Below, piece by piece: positions 1 to 8,191 of a DNA stretch of 38,449 bases. The notes below the pieces were generated by a model that saw only the letters and a program-made list of their open reading frames with translations, ran no database searches and was not told the origin of the DNA. Location: NCBI GenBank assembly GCA_041164325.1, contig JBEAPQ010000110.1:1-38449 (forward strand), written 5' to 3'. The DNA is from Planctomycetota bacterium (GTDB lineage Bacteria; Planctomycetota; UBA1135; UBA2386). Position 1 is the stretch's first letter; the number at the start of each line of letters is the position of its first letter. Position numbers and translations under genes: made by a program.

Positions 1-1205
1 CAGGGTGGAGGTGCAGCACGTAGGGCTGCAACCGTCGCGATCTGGTCAGCCGCGACGCGCCCGGCGGCGAGCTGATCCTCGGCCCACGCGCGCGCCGCCC
101 GTCCCGCGCGGCCTGCGTTCGCGTTGCTTGCGAGGAGGGGGAGCACGGCATCGCAGAGCTGTTGGGGCGTTTCCCCTCGCCCCACGGCGGGGGCCTCCGC
201 GGTGATCCCACGAAGGCCCAGCTCGTTCGAGATCACCGGGAGCCCGTGCGCGAGTGCCGTCAGCACCTTGATCCGGCTCCCTCCGCCTGAGAACACCGGC
301 GCGACGAGAGCGCGCACCTGGCCGAACAGCGAGCCCAGATCCTTCACGAATCCGTGGACCCGGACTCCTGGTGCCTGCGCCAAGGCAGCCACGAACGGCG
401 TCGGATTGGGGCCGGCCAGCCATAGTTCGGCGTCCGGCAGCTGCTCGCGGATGCGAGGCAGCACCCGGAGCGCTACCTCCCGGGCCGCCTCGGGATTCGG
501 GGCGTGGCGATAGTCACCGAGGAACAGGATCCTCGGCGGTGCCTCGGACGGTTCGACGGGGTGGGCAGGCAGGTGGACCAGCGGTGGGCGGACGTGGACC
601 GGGCGGGCGAAGCGCTGTTCGAGCGTCGCCGCGTCCTCCGCGGTGAGGGCCTGCAGCTGTGCGGCGAGCCGGTAGTTGCGTTCGACGTAGGCCTCCCAGA
701 GCAGGGCGTCGCGCCTGAGCCCGATGCCTCGGGGGCCGATCGCCGCGGGGACCGGGTGGCCTGCCTCGTGGTCGGTCAGGATGGTCGGGACCGCCCCGAA
801 GCACGGCAGATACTGGGCCATCAGGTCCATCTCCACGAGCGCGGCGTCCGGAGTCCGGGGCGCGGCGCGCACGGCCTCGCGCAGCGCTCGGGCCATCGCC
901 CGTGAACGGAACTTCGCGACGACGACGGGCAGCCGTCCCTGGGCCCAGCGCCGCAGCATGATTCCCTTCTGCCGCAATCGAGCCGTGCCGCGGAGTTCCC
1001 GGATCTCGGCGCGCTCGATCAGCCGGACGGAGGTGAGTCCGTCCGGCAGCGTGGGCCGGTCCCGCAGTTCGGAGCGGGTTGCGAACGAGACGAGGTCTAC
1101 CTCGGCCTGCGCGGCGAGCGATGTCACCAGGGCGTGCAGGTAGACGCCGCCGCCGTGGCCGGCGTCCGCGTGCGGCAAGAAGGGGCTCGCGACGAGGATG
1201 CGCAC
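1..1205 (-). CDS. Glycosyltransferase family 4 (GT-B fold); 3' end at the window edge
   Basis: Not in the ORF track because it has no stop inside the window. Manual translation from GTG at 1205 gives MRILVASPFLPHADAGHGGG...ILFLGDYRHAPNPEAA...GFVKDL...LVAPVFSGGGSRIKVLTALAHGLPVISNELG, a typical GT4 pattern. The frame is open to base 1 and ends ...CCC TG. Confidence 0.85.
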   Translation of the reverse strand, partial: MRILVASPFLPHADAGHGGGVYLHALVTSLAAQAEVDLVSFATRSELRDRPTLPDGLTSVRLIERAEIRELRGTARLRQKGIMLRRWAQGRLPVVVAKFRSRAMARALREAVRAAPRTPDAALVEMDLMAQYLPCFGAVPTILTDHEAGHPVPAAIGPRGIGLRRDALLWEAYVERNYRLAAQLQALTAEDAATLEQRFARPVHVRPPLVHLPAHPVEPSEAPPRILFLGDYRHAPNPEAAREVALRVLPRIREQLPDAELWLAGPNPTPFVAALAQAPGVRVHGFVKDLGSLFGQVRALVAPVFSGGGSRIKVLTALAHGLPVISNELGLRGITAEAPAVGRGETPQQLCDAVLPLLASNANAGRAGRAARAWAEDQLAAGRVAADQIATVAALRAAPPP

Positions 1206-1239
1206 CAGGAAATTGGAAGGGTCAGCGGCCGGAAGATGG

Positions 1240-1273
1240 TTATCCACAATTCCACACTGAGAAATGTGGAGAT
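1240..1273. promoter_or_regulatory. DnaA-box cluster (one perfect box, two degenerate)
   Basis: TTATCCACA at 1240-1248 is the perfect consensus. AATTCCACA lies at 1248-1256 and an inverted TGTGGAGAT at 1265-1273, all within an AT-richer intergenic region between divergent genes. Confidence 0.6.
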
Positions 1274-1399
1274 CAAGATCGGGAACGTTTTCTTCCGCCC
1301 CATGCCTAAATCATTCTTGGTCATGGGCTTGCGAGCTGGCTCCGCCAGAATCCGGTCATGCCGTAGCAGATCTCCACCCTGGCCCTGTTCGAGGAGCTC

Positions 1400-1408
1400 T
1401 GCCATAAT
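1400..1408 (+). promoter_or_regulatory. Candidate extended -10 promoter element for the HEAT-repeat gene
   Basis: TGcCATAAT resembles TGnTATAAT and lies about 40 nt upstream of ATG 1447. The -35 match is weak. Confidence 0.3.
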
Positions 1409-1446
1409 CCCGCCCCTCGGCCGGACGACCGAGCCCGGGAACGACC

Positions 1447-3048
1447 ATGACTGACACGATCCGAGCGATCCTCGCGATCCTGGAGCAGGATCGACCACCC
1501 GAGCTGAAGATCGCGGCCGCGCAGATCCTCGGTGAGCTTGCGCCCAAGGATGCGGCCGTCGTCCGTGGGCTGGAGCAGCGCCTGAGCGTGGGGGAAGACT
1601 TCATGTCCCGCCACGTGCTGGCTGCGCTCGGAGCGATCGGCGGCGCGGCCGCGACCAAGGTGCTCGTCCAGCAGCTGGACGGGAAGCACCCGGACCTCGC
1701 CGCCCACCTGCTCGCCGAGCTCGGTGACCACGCGGTCGACGCACTTGCGGCCGCGTTCGAGGGGGGCAGCCACGAAGCCCGGCTGCGGATTCTCGGGATC
1801 CTGGCCCGCGCCTCGAGCCCGAAGGTCGCCGAGGTCGCCGAACAGGCGCTCCTCCTTCCCGAGTTCAGCAAGCGGGCCGCGGACGTCCTCGTCCACGCGG
1901 CGGAGCGTTTCGACGCGCGCCGTCTGAAGCCGCTGAAGACGCGTCTCACCAAGGCTCTCGCGGCCGAGGACATGTCGCCGCAGGTCGCGGCGTCGCTCCT
2001 CGGTGTGCTGTCCCGGCTCGACGCGGCAGGCAGCCGTGCGACCCTGATCAAGTTCGCGGGCGCAGAGCAGCCCGCGATGGTCCGGCAGGCGGCCCTCCAT
2101 GCGCTGAAGGGTGTCAAGATGACGCCGACCCAGGCGGCGGCACTGCTGCCGTTGGTGCACGAGGACGACCAGGCCCACGTCGTCGAGCCGGTGCTGGCGC
2201 TCCTCGATCATCACGACGCGTGGCCGGACGGATCGGTCGCGGAGCTTCGGAAGCTGATCGGCCATCGCAACCCGCGCATCCGGCTCTTCGCTGTCCGCGC
2301 GCTGCGCAACGTGCCTCGCGCCGAACACGTCAAGCCGCTGATCCAGCTGCTCCACGGCGACGACGGGGACCTCAGCGCTGCCGCAGCTGCAGCGCTCGGA
2401 GCCAACCCGGATGCGCTCGGCGTGCTCCTGCGCTCCCTGCAGCAGGAGAAGGACGCGGACCGTGCGCGCCGTACGGTCGAGCCCCTCTCCCGCCTCGCGC
2501 GCAACCTGCCGACCAAGGACCTGCGCACGCTGGTCGAACGTGGTGCCCGCCTGCTGCTGTCGCAGGATGCGGTCGGCGAAGTGGTGCTCGGGCTCGTGGT
2601 CCGCGCCCAGCCCGACAAGGGTGCAGCCGAAGTGGTGGACCGGGCGGTGCGGTTCCGGAAGCAGCGCAAGTTCGCGGACGCGGTCTCGCTGCTCGCTTTC
2701 CTTGCGGCGTCCGGCGTCATCCCCGCCGAAGGTCGCTACCAGCTGGCCGTCGCGCGGCTGCTGTTCGATGTGGTCGAGCAGGCGAAGGGTCGGGCCGACG
2801 GAGTGTGCGACGCGACGATGGGCTACTTCGCGATGCTGATCCGGGAGGGCTTCCCGCTCCTCCCACGGCTCAAGAAGGAGTCGATGCTGGAGCCCGAGGA
2901 CCTGTTCGCGCTGGGCGAGCACTTCGCGGAGGCAGGTGGAGAGGAGCGTCGCTTCGGCGCGGCCCTCCTGGTCCACCTCGCCGAGAAGCACCCTCGTCGC
3001 AAGGCCGGTGAAGAGGCGCGCTCCGTGCTGCGCGCCGAAGGCCTCTGA
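1447..3048 (+). CDS. HEAT-repeat (alpha-solenoid) protein, 533 aa
   Basis: Repeated motifs such as LKIAAAQILGEL, VRQAALHALKG, IRLFAVRALRN and LSAAAAAALGA. Ala/Leu-rich helical composition with a TPR-like C-terminal part. Confidence 0.8.
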   Translation: MTDTIRAILAILEQDRPPELKIAAAQILGELAPKDAAVVRGLEQRLSVGEDFMSRHVLAALGAIGGAAATKVLVQQLDGKHPDLAAHLLAELGDHAVDALAAAFEGGSHEARLRILGILARASSPKVAEVAEQALLLPEFSKRAADVLVHAAERFDARRLKPLKTRLTKALAAEDMSPQVAASLLGVLSRLDAAGSRATLIKFAGAEQPAMVRQAALHALKGVKMTPTQAAALLPLVHEDDQAHVVEPVLALLDHHDAWPDGSVAELRKLIGHRNPRIRLFAVRALRNVPRAEHVKPLIQLLHGDDGDLSAAAAAALGANPDALGVLLRSLQQEKDADRARRTVEPLSRLARNLPTKDLRTLVERGARLLLSQDAVGEVVLGLVVRAQPDKGAAEVVDRAVRFRKQRKFADAVSLLAFLAASGVIPAEGRYQLAVARLLFDVVEQAKGRADGVCDATMGYFAMLIREGFPLLPRLKKESMLEPEDLFALGEHFAEAGGEERRFGAALLVHLAEKHPRRKAGEEARSVLRAEGL

Positions 3049-3121
3049 CGGGCCCGCAGCCCGTGACCCGATCGGTCCGAAGGCTGCGCGGTGCTCGTTC
3101 GGCAGCCGCTCTGCGGCCGCG

Positions 3122-3157
3122 TGAGAGTGTGTGACGAGGTTTCGACCCTCACTCTCA
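3122..3157. repeat. Short imperfect inverted repeat between convergent genes (GAGYSTGTGAC family)
   Basis: TGA-GAGTGTGTGACGA...TCGACCCTCACTC-TCA. The right-hand TCA is the stop codon of the MBL gene. Confidence 0.45.
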
Positions 3158-3916
3158 GCGACTGCGTTCGACCCTGGAACCGGGCGCGACGTCGAGGCGT
3201 CCGTCCTCGAACCGGACGACGCACTTGGTTCCCCCGTCGTAGTCGCGCGCTTCGCAGAGCAGCATGGCCGGCTCTCCGAACGCCCGGCAGGGCACCGGCG
3301 TCGGTGTGTCGACCCCTCGCCAGAAGCGCACGAAGGGATTCGTCGTGACCTCCTCGCCGACGCTCGAGGGTTCCATGTGCCCGGGCCGGACCGTGGTCGC
3401 GTCCGGGAGCGCGAGGAGCACGTCGAGGATCGAAGTCACCAACTCGTCGTAGCTCGCGTGTCCGGGTCCGCGCGTTCCGCCCACCGAGCCTCGGAAGAGA
3501 GTGTCTCCCGTGAACAGCTCGCGCTCATCGATGAGGAAGGCGAGCTGGCCAACGGTGTGCCCCGGCACGTGGAGCGCCCGGATCGTCAGGTCACCGCTCC
3601 GGACTTCCTGCCCGTTGACGAGCTCGGCGTCGAGGGCGCCGAACCAGGACCGTTCGGCCGCATGACCGCAGACCGGGCAGCCGAAGCGTGCGCGGTAGGT
3701 CTCGTTGTGCGCCACATGGTCGAAGTGGTGGTGCGTGCACAGCACGTGGGTGACGGTGAGCCGGAGCTCCTCGATCCGCGTGACGATGTCGTCCATCGGC
3801 GCGCCGGTGTCGATCACGACGGCGTGCCCACCGGGCCGGTCGGCGACCAGCCAAGTGTTGGACAGCCAGCCCGGATGCATGCTCCGGAAGACCAGCGGCC
3901 CGCGGCCAGCCATCAT
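3155..3916 (-). CDS. MBL-fold metallo-hydrolase (glyoxalase II/YcbL-like) with C-terminal extension
   Basis: THHHFDH (HxHxDH), PGHT, FTGDTLF and PGH motifs. The start ATG at 3916 overlaps the upstream stop (ATGA). Confidence 0.85.
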   Translation of the reverse strand: MMAGRGPLVFRSMHPGWLSNTWLVADRPGGHAVVIDTGAPMDDIVTRIEELRLTVTHVLCTHHHFDHVAHNETYRARFGCPVCGHAAERSWFGALDAELVNGQEVRSGDLTIRALHVPGHTVGQLAFLIDERELFTGDTLFRGSVGGTRGPGHASYDELVTSILDVLLALPDATTVRPGHMEPSSVGEEVTTNPFVRFWRGVDTPTPVPCRAFGEPAMLLCEARDYDGGTKCVVRFEDGRLDVAPGSRVERSR

Positions 3917-4629
3917 GCGTCCTTGCGGACGAAGCGCAGGAAGTAGTTCGCCTCGAGCAGGTCGTGCCGCTGCTCGGTCCGTTCGAAGCCCGCGGATTCG
4001 ATCTCGGCCGTGAAGACCTCCTCGCCAGCGCGGACGTGGTTCATCGTCCACTCGCTCGTCTGCCCCTCGATGCGGTGGAAGTCGATGACGACGACCTGTC
4101 CGCCCGGGCGCAGTGCCTGATGGATCGAGGCGAGCGTGTTCCGCGGGAACTCGAAGTGGTGGTACACGTCGCAGATGAACACGAGGTCGACGGAGTTCTT
4201 CGGAAGCTCGACCGAGCGGTCGGTGCAGAGTCCCACGGTTGCATGCTCCAGCCCCAGGCGACGGATGCGGTTGTCGATGAGGCTGACGAACCCAGGCGAG
4301 ATGTCGACGAGATAGACGTGCCCCTCCGGCCCGACGGCCTCCGCGAACGGGCCGAGAAACAGGCCGGTCCCGGCACCGATGTCCGCAACCTCCATCCCGG
4401 GCTCCAGCCCGAGCGCGGCCACGATCTCCTTGCGGCGCGAGAAGATCTCACGGCTCTCGGTCTCGAAGCGCTGCGTGTACTGCTCGACCGCACCCTCCCG
4501 CAGGAAGTTCTCGTTGATGCCCGGCTTGACGCTCTCTTCCGTGGAGAGGTCGACCGCCGTGACGCTGGTGGGTGCGCTGCAGGCCGAGAGAAGCGTGGTG
4601 AGGACGAAGAAGCTGCGGAGGGCGTGCAT
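3913..4629 (-). CDS. Class I SAM-dependent methyltransferase with lipoprotein signal peptide
   Basis: VADIGAGTG SAM-binding motif, VDIS, CDVYHHF and ALRPGG. The N-terminus MHALRSFFVLTTLLSAC ends in a lipobox. Confidence 0.85.
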   Translation of the reverse strand: MHALRSFFVLTTLLSACSAPTSVTAVDLSTEESVKPGINENFLREGAVEQYTQRFETESREIFSRRKEIVAALGLEPGMEVADIGAGTGLFLGPFAEAVGPEGHVYLVDISPGFVSLIDNRIRRLGLEHATVGLCTDRSVELPKNSVDLVFICDVYHHFEFPRNTLASIHQALRPGGQVVVIDFHRIEGQTSEWTMNHVRAGEEVFTAEIESAGFERTEQRHDLLEANYFLRFVRKDA

Positions 4630-4683
4630 GGTGCGAGGGTTGGACAGCGTGTCGGGGATGGCTCTGGAGAGCGCGGCGGCCGC

Positions 4684-5079
4684 TCACTCGGGAGGCAGGC
4701 GAACGAGGGTCTTGGCGGGCAGGCGGCGGACCTGGTCCTCGGACCATCCGTTGAGGGTCGCCACTTCCTTCCAGCGACCCGCGGAGCCCAGCTCGGCGGC
4801 ACAGAGCTGGCTCAGGGTTTGACCGGGAGCCAGGCGGACCTCGCGCCACTTGCGGGCGGGCCCGTCGCTGAGGACTTCGGGAGGGGGAACGGGTACCGGG
4901 CTGATCTCCTCGTCCGGCCGCGGCGCGCGGGCGAGGATCTCACCGAGTCGGGGGCCGTCCCCGCCGATCTCGAAGCGGAGCCGATCGGGTGCCTGCTCCT
5001 GCCGGAGCGCAGCGGCGCCGGAGTCGTGGCATCCGACGAGCACCAGCAGGGACACGAAGACGGTGGCAGTGCGCCGCAT
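4684..5079 (-). CDS. LysM-domain lipoprotein
   Basis: Lipobox LVLVGC. The C-terminal VRLAPGQTLSQLCAAELGSAGRWKEVATLNG...LVRLP fits the LysM pattern. Confidence 0.75.
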   Translation of the reverse strand: MRRTATVFVSLLVLVGCHDSGAAALRQEQAPDRLRFEIGGDGPRLGEILARAPRPDEEISPVPVPPPEVLSDGPARKWREVRLAPGQTLSQLCAAELGSAGRWKEVATLNGWSEDQVRRLPAKTLVRLPPE

Positions 5080-5163
5080 CGCACCATGTTGCCAGCCTCT
5101 CGCCCGTGATTCGAGCCGACGCCCGGCTTGGACCGCTGCCCGCGTCGGGCATCATGTGCGCCC

Positions 5164-5943
5164 GTGACAGCCGCCCGCCGCATCCTCCTCGGTCTCCTGC
5201 CCAAGGTCGCGCTGTCTCGGCTGACGGGGCTCGCGACACGGCTTCCGCTTCCCGCCTCGCTGCGGCCGGGCTTCTTCGCGTGGTTCGCGCGCCGGTACGG
5301 GGCGTCGCTCGAAGAGGTCGCCGGTGACCTCCGCGACTACCGCAGCCTGTTCGCGTTCTTCCAGCGACCGCTCCGCTCCGGTGCCCGTCCGATCGAGAGC
5401 ACCGCCGCCTTCGTCTGGCCCTGTGACGGCAAGGTGGTGACCGCCGGGCGCATCGAGGGAGAGCGGATTCCGCAGGTGAAGGGCGTGGACTACGGGCTCG
5501 ACGAGTTCGTGGGGGACCCGCGTCTGGGCGCGGCGCTCGCGGGCGGATCCCAGGTGACCGTCTATCTCGCGCCGGGTGACTACCACCGGGTCCATGCGCC
5601 GTTCGATGGACAGATCGTCGGCGTCCGGCAGATCCCCGGCACGCTGTTCCCGGTGAACCAGCCGGCCGTTCGCGCTGTGCCGGGTCTGTTCGTGCGGAAC
5701 GCACGCGTCGTGTTCGAGGCTCGCCTCGCGGATGGTCGCCCCGCGGCGATCGTCATGGTCGGGGCCCTCAACGTCGGCCACATCCACGAGTCGGTCGCCG
5801 CCGGTGACTCGATCGCCCGCGGAGACGAGGTCGGTCGCTTCGGCTTCGGGTCCACGACCGTGGTGATCGTCGGCCCAGGCGACGCGAACCTTCCGGCCGT
5901 CGCCGGCGAGACGGTGGTGCGCATGGGCCGCGGCGTGCGATGA
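5164..5943 (+). CDS. psd: Phosphatidylserine decarboxylase proenzyme
   Basis: FFQRPLR, PCDG, YLAPGDYHRVHAP, MVGALNVG and the GRFGFGST pyruvoyl cleavage motif. GTG start at 5164 is my choice. Confidence 0.92.
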   Translation: MTAARRILLGLLPKVALSRLTGLATRLPLPASLRPGFFAWFARRYGASLEEVAGDLRDYRSLFAFFQRPLRSGARPIESTAAFVWPCDGKVVTAGRIEGERIPQVKGVDYGLDEFVGDPRLGAALAGGSQVTVYLAPGDYHRVHAPFDGQIVGVRQIPGTLFPVNQPAVRAVPGLFVRNARVVFEARLADGRPAAIVMVGALNVGHIHESVAAGDSIARGDEVGRFGFGSTTVVIVGPGDANLPAVAGETVVRMGRGVR

Positions 5944-6031
5944 ACGCATCACGGCCCTCGCCGGGCGCGCGCACGGCGTCTTCGTCGCCGTCTTGTCCCG
6001 TGCTCGGCTTCGGCTTGCCGCCGCCGGTCGC

Positions 6032-7225
6032 TCAGGTCCGATAGTCGGCGTTGATGCGGACGTAGTCCGCCGTCAGGTCGCAGGTCCAGACATCCGCGCC
6101 TTCGTCACCGACGCCGAGATCGACGCCGAGCGTCACCTCGCGTTCCTCGGCGAGGTGGCGCGAGGCCTCGGGCTCGCGGTCCGGGTGTGGGCGGCCGTCT
6201 TCGTAGAGCACGGTGCTGCCGATCCAGACGCGCGCCTTGGCGATGTCGATGGGGACACCGGCGCGACCCGCCGCGGACAGGATGCGGCCCCAGTTCGGAT
6301 CGCGCCCGGCGACGGCGGTCTTCGTCAGCGGGCTCGTCGCGATCGTGCGACCGACGTGGCTGGCGTCGGCCTCGGAGGCGGCACCGCGGACCTCGACGGT
6401 CACCAGTCGGGTCGCGCCCTCGCCGTCTGCGGCGATCTGCTTGCACAGGCGGGAGGCGACGTCGAGCAGGGCTCCGTCGACGAGTTCGACGTCGGTTGCG
6501 GTTGCCAAACCGGAGGCCCACAGCACGACGGTGTCGTTCGGGGACGTGTCCCCGTCGACGGTGACGCGGTGGAACGTCCGGTCGACGGTCTCGCGGAGGA
6601 CCTCCACGGCGCTCGCCGGCAGAGCTGCGTCCGTCGTCAGGAAGCCGAGCATCGTTGCCATGTTGGGGTGGATCATCCAGGCTCCCTTGGCGACGCCCGT
6701 CACGCGTCCTTCTCCGCCTGCCGCCTCGAACGTCGCTGACTCGAGCTTCGGGAACGTGTCCGTGGTCATGATGGCGCGCGTGAAGTCCATGACCCCGTCG
6801 GTATCGCCGGGGTCGCCGAGCGCGGCGGCGATCAGATCCGGGAGCGCAGCGAGGATCTTCTCCATCGGCAGGTGCGCGCCGATGGCCCCGGTGCTGATCG
6901 GCAGGACTTGCTCGGCCGGGCAGCCGAGTCGTTCCGCCACGGCTTCGGCGGTCCGGCGCGCGTCGTCGATGCCGCGCTGCCCGGTCGCGCAGTTCGCGCA
7001 GCCCGAGTTGACGACGATCGCGCGGACGAGCCCGCCGTTCTTCGCGAGGTGTTCGCGGCAGAGATGGACGTGCGCGCCGAGCAGTGCGTTCTGCGTGAAC
7101 ACGGCGGCCGCCGGGAAGGCCTCGTCTGCGATCAGCACGCCGAGGTCGAAACCACGCCCGGGCTTCTTGATCCCGGCGTAGGTGCCCGCGGCACGGAAGC
7201 CGCGGGGGAGGGGGACGTGTGTCAT
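6032..7225 (-). CDS. argJ: Ornithine acetyltransferase / N-acetylglutamate synthase ArgJ
   Basis: NSGCANCATG, IMTTDT, KGAWMIHPNMATML, VDGDTSPND, DGEGAT, DPNWGRI and the C-terminal YVRINADYRT. Confidence 0.96.
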   Translation of the reverse strand: MTHVPLPRGFRAAGTYAGIKKPGRGFDLGVLIADEAFPAAAVFTQNALLGAHVHLCREHLAKNGGLVRAIVVNSGCANCATGQRGIDDARRTAEAVAERLGCPAEQVLPISTGAIGAHLPMEKILAALPDLIAAALGDPGDTDGVMDFTRAIMTTDTFPKLESATFEAAGGEGRVTGVAKGAWMIHPNMATMLGFLTTDAALPASAVEVLRETVDRTFHRVTVDGDTSPNDTVVLWASGLATATDVELVDGALLDVASRLCKQIAADGEGATRLVTVEVRGAASEADASHVGRTIATSPLTKTAVAGRDPNWGRILSAAGRAGVPIDIAKARVWIGSTVLYEDGRPHPDREPEASRHLAEEREVTLGVDLGVGDEGADVWTCDLTADYVRINADYRT

Positions 7226-7268
7226 CGGGGTGTGCCCGCGGAGGGCACGGTCGTGGGATGGGTGCGGT

Positions 7269-8120
7269 TCAGTCGATGCGGATGCTCGCCGAGTCGATCC
7301 GCAGCTCCTGGCTGGTGCTGCCGCTCTCGGAGCCGAAGAACTCCAGCGTCTCGACGACGTTCTGGCCGTCGACGACCTCGCCGAAGATCGTGTGCAGGCC
7401 GTCCAGCCACGGGGTCTGTGCGAAGGTCAGGAAGAACTGGCTGCCGTCCGTACCGGGTCCCGCGTTCGCCATGCTCAGCAGCCCGGGCCGGTCGTGGCGC
7501 AGACGCGGCGACGACGGGCGACTGCAGTCGGGACACACGAAGAACTGCTGGTTGGCGATCTGGGTCTTCTTGTCGCCGAAGTAGTCCTTGGCGCACTCCG
7601 GGTTGGGGCAACGCACCGGGAACTCGCCGGAGTATTGGTAGCCGGGGCCTCCGGTGCCGTTGCCGAGCGGGCAGCCGCCCTGCGCCATGAAGCCCTTGAT
7701 GACCCGGTGGAACTTCAGCCCGTCGTAGTAGCCGAGCTTCGTCAGGTAGATGGTGCTCGACACGTGCATCGGCGCCGCTTCCGGCAGCAGGCGAACCGAG
7801 ATCGGGCCCTTGTTGGTCGTCAGGACCCACGTGTAGGTCTTGTCGGCGTCGAACTCGACCTTCGGCGGGATCGGGAGGCCTGTGCGCCAGCTCGGACCCT
7901 TGCTGATCTTCCGCTGCGCGACGAAGTCGGCCAGAGCGTCGATGGCGGGATCGCCCGTCTTCTCGATGGTCGCGAGGTTGGCGGGGGGCGTCGGCTCGGG
8001 CGTCGGGACAGCCGTCGTCTCGGTCGGCTGCACGGGCTCGGGCTGCTTCGTTTCGTTCTTGCAGCCGACAACGACGAGCAGGGAGGCCAGGAAGGCGAGG
8101 CGGATCGCGAGATTCTGCAT
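7269..8120 (-). CDS. Cyclophilin-type peptidyl-prolyl isomerase lipoprotein with Cys4 insertion
   Basis: Start MQNLAIRL with lipobox VVVGC. Cyclophilin motifs YYDGLKFHRVIKGFMAQGGCP, LSMANAGPGTDGSQFF and WLDGLHTIFGEV. Confidence 0.92.
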   Translation of the reverse strand: MQNLAIRLAFLASLLVVVGCKNETKQPEPVQPTETTAVPTPEPTPPANLATIEKTGDPAIDALADFVAQRKISKGPSWRTGLPIPPKVEFDADKTYTWVLTTNKGPISVRLLPEAAPMHVSSTIYLTKLGYYDGLKFHRVIKGFMAQGGCPLGNGTGGPGYQYSGEFPVRCPNPECAKDYFGDKKTQIANQQFFVCPDCSRPSSPRLRHDRPGLLSMANAGPGTDGSQFFLTFAQTPWLDGLHTIFGEVVDGQNVVETLEFFGSESGSTSQELRIDSASIRID

Positions 8121-8191
8121 GGTGGAAGTGGGGCTCGATCGGGCGGTCCCGAGGACCGGGAGGAGGCGGCACGATAACCGAGGCCCCTCGG

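Noticed and set aside
700-760. Suspected frameshift in the glycosyltransferase, since it is absent from the ORF track
   Set aside because: Manual reading keeps the frame open. It is missing only because its stop falls outside the window.
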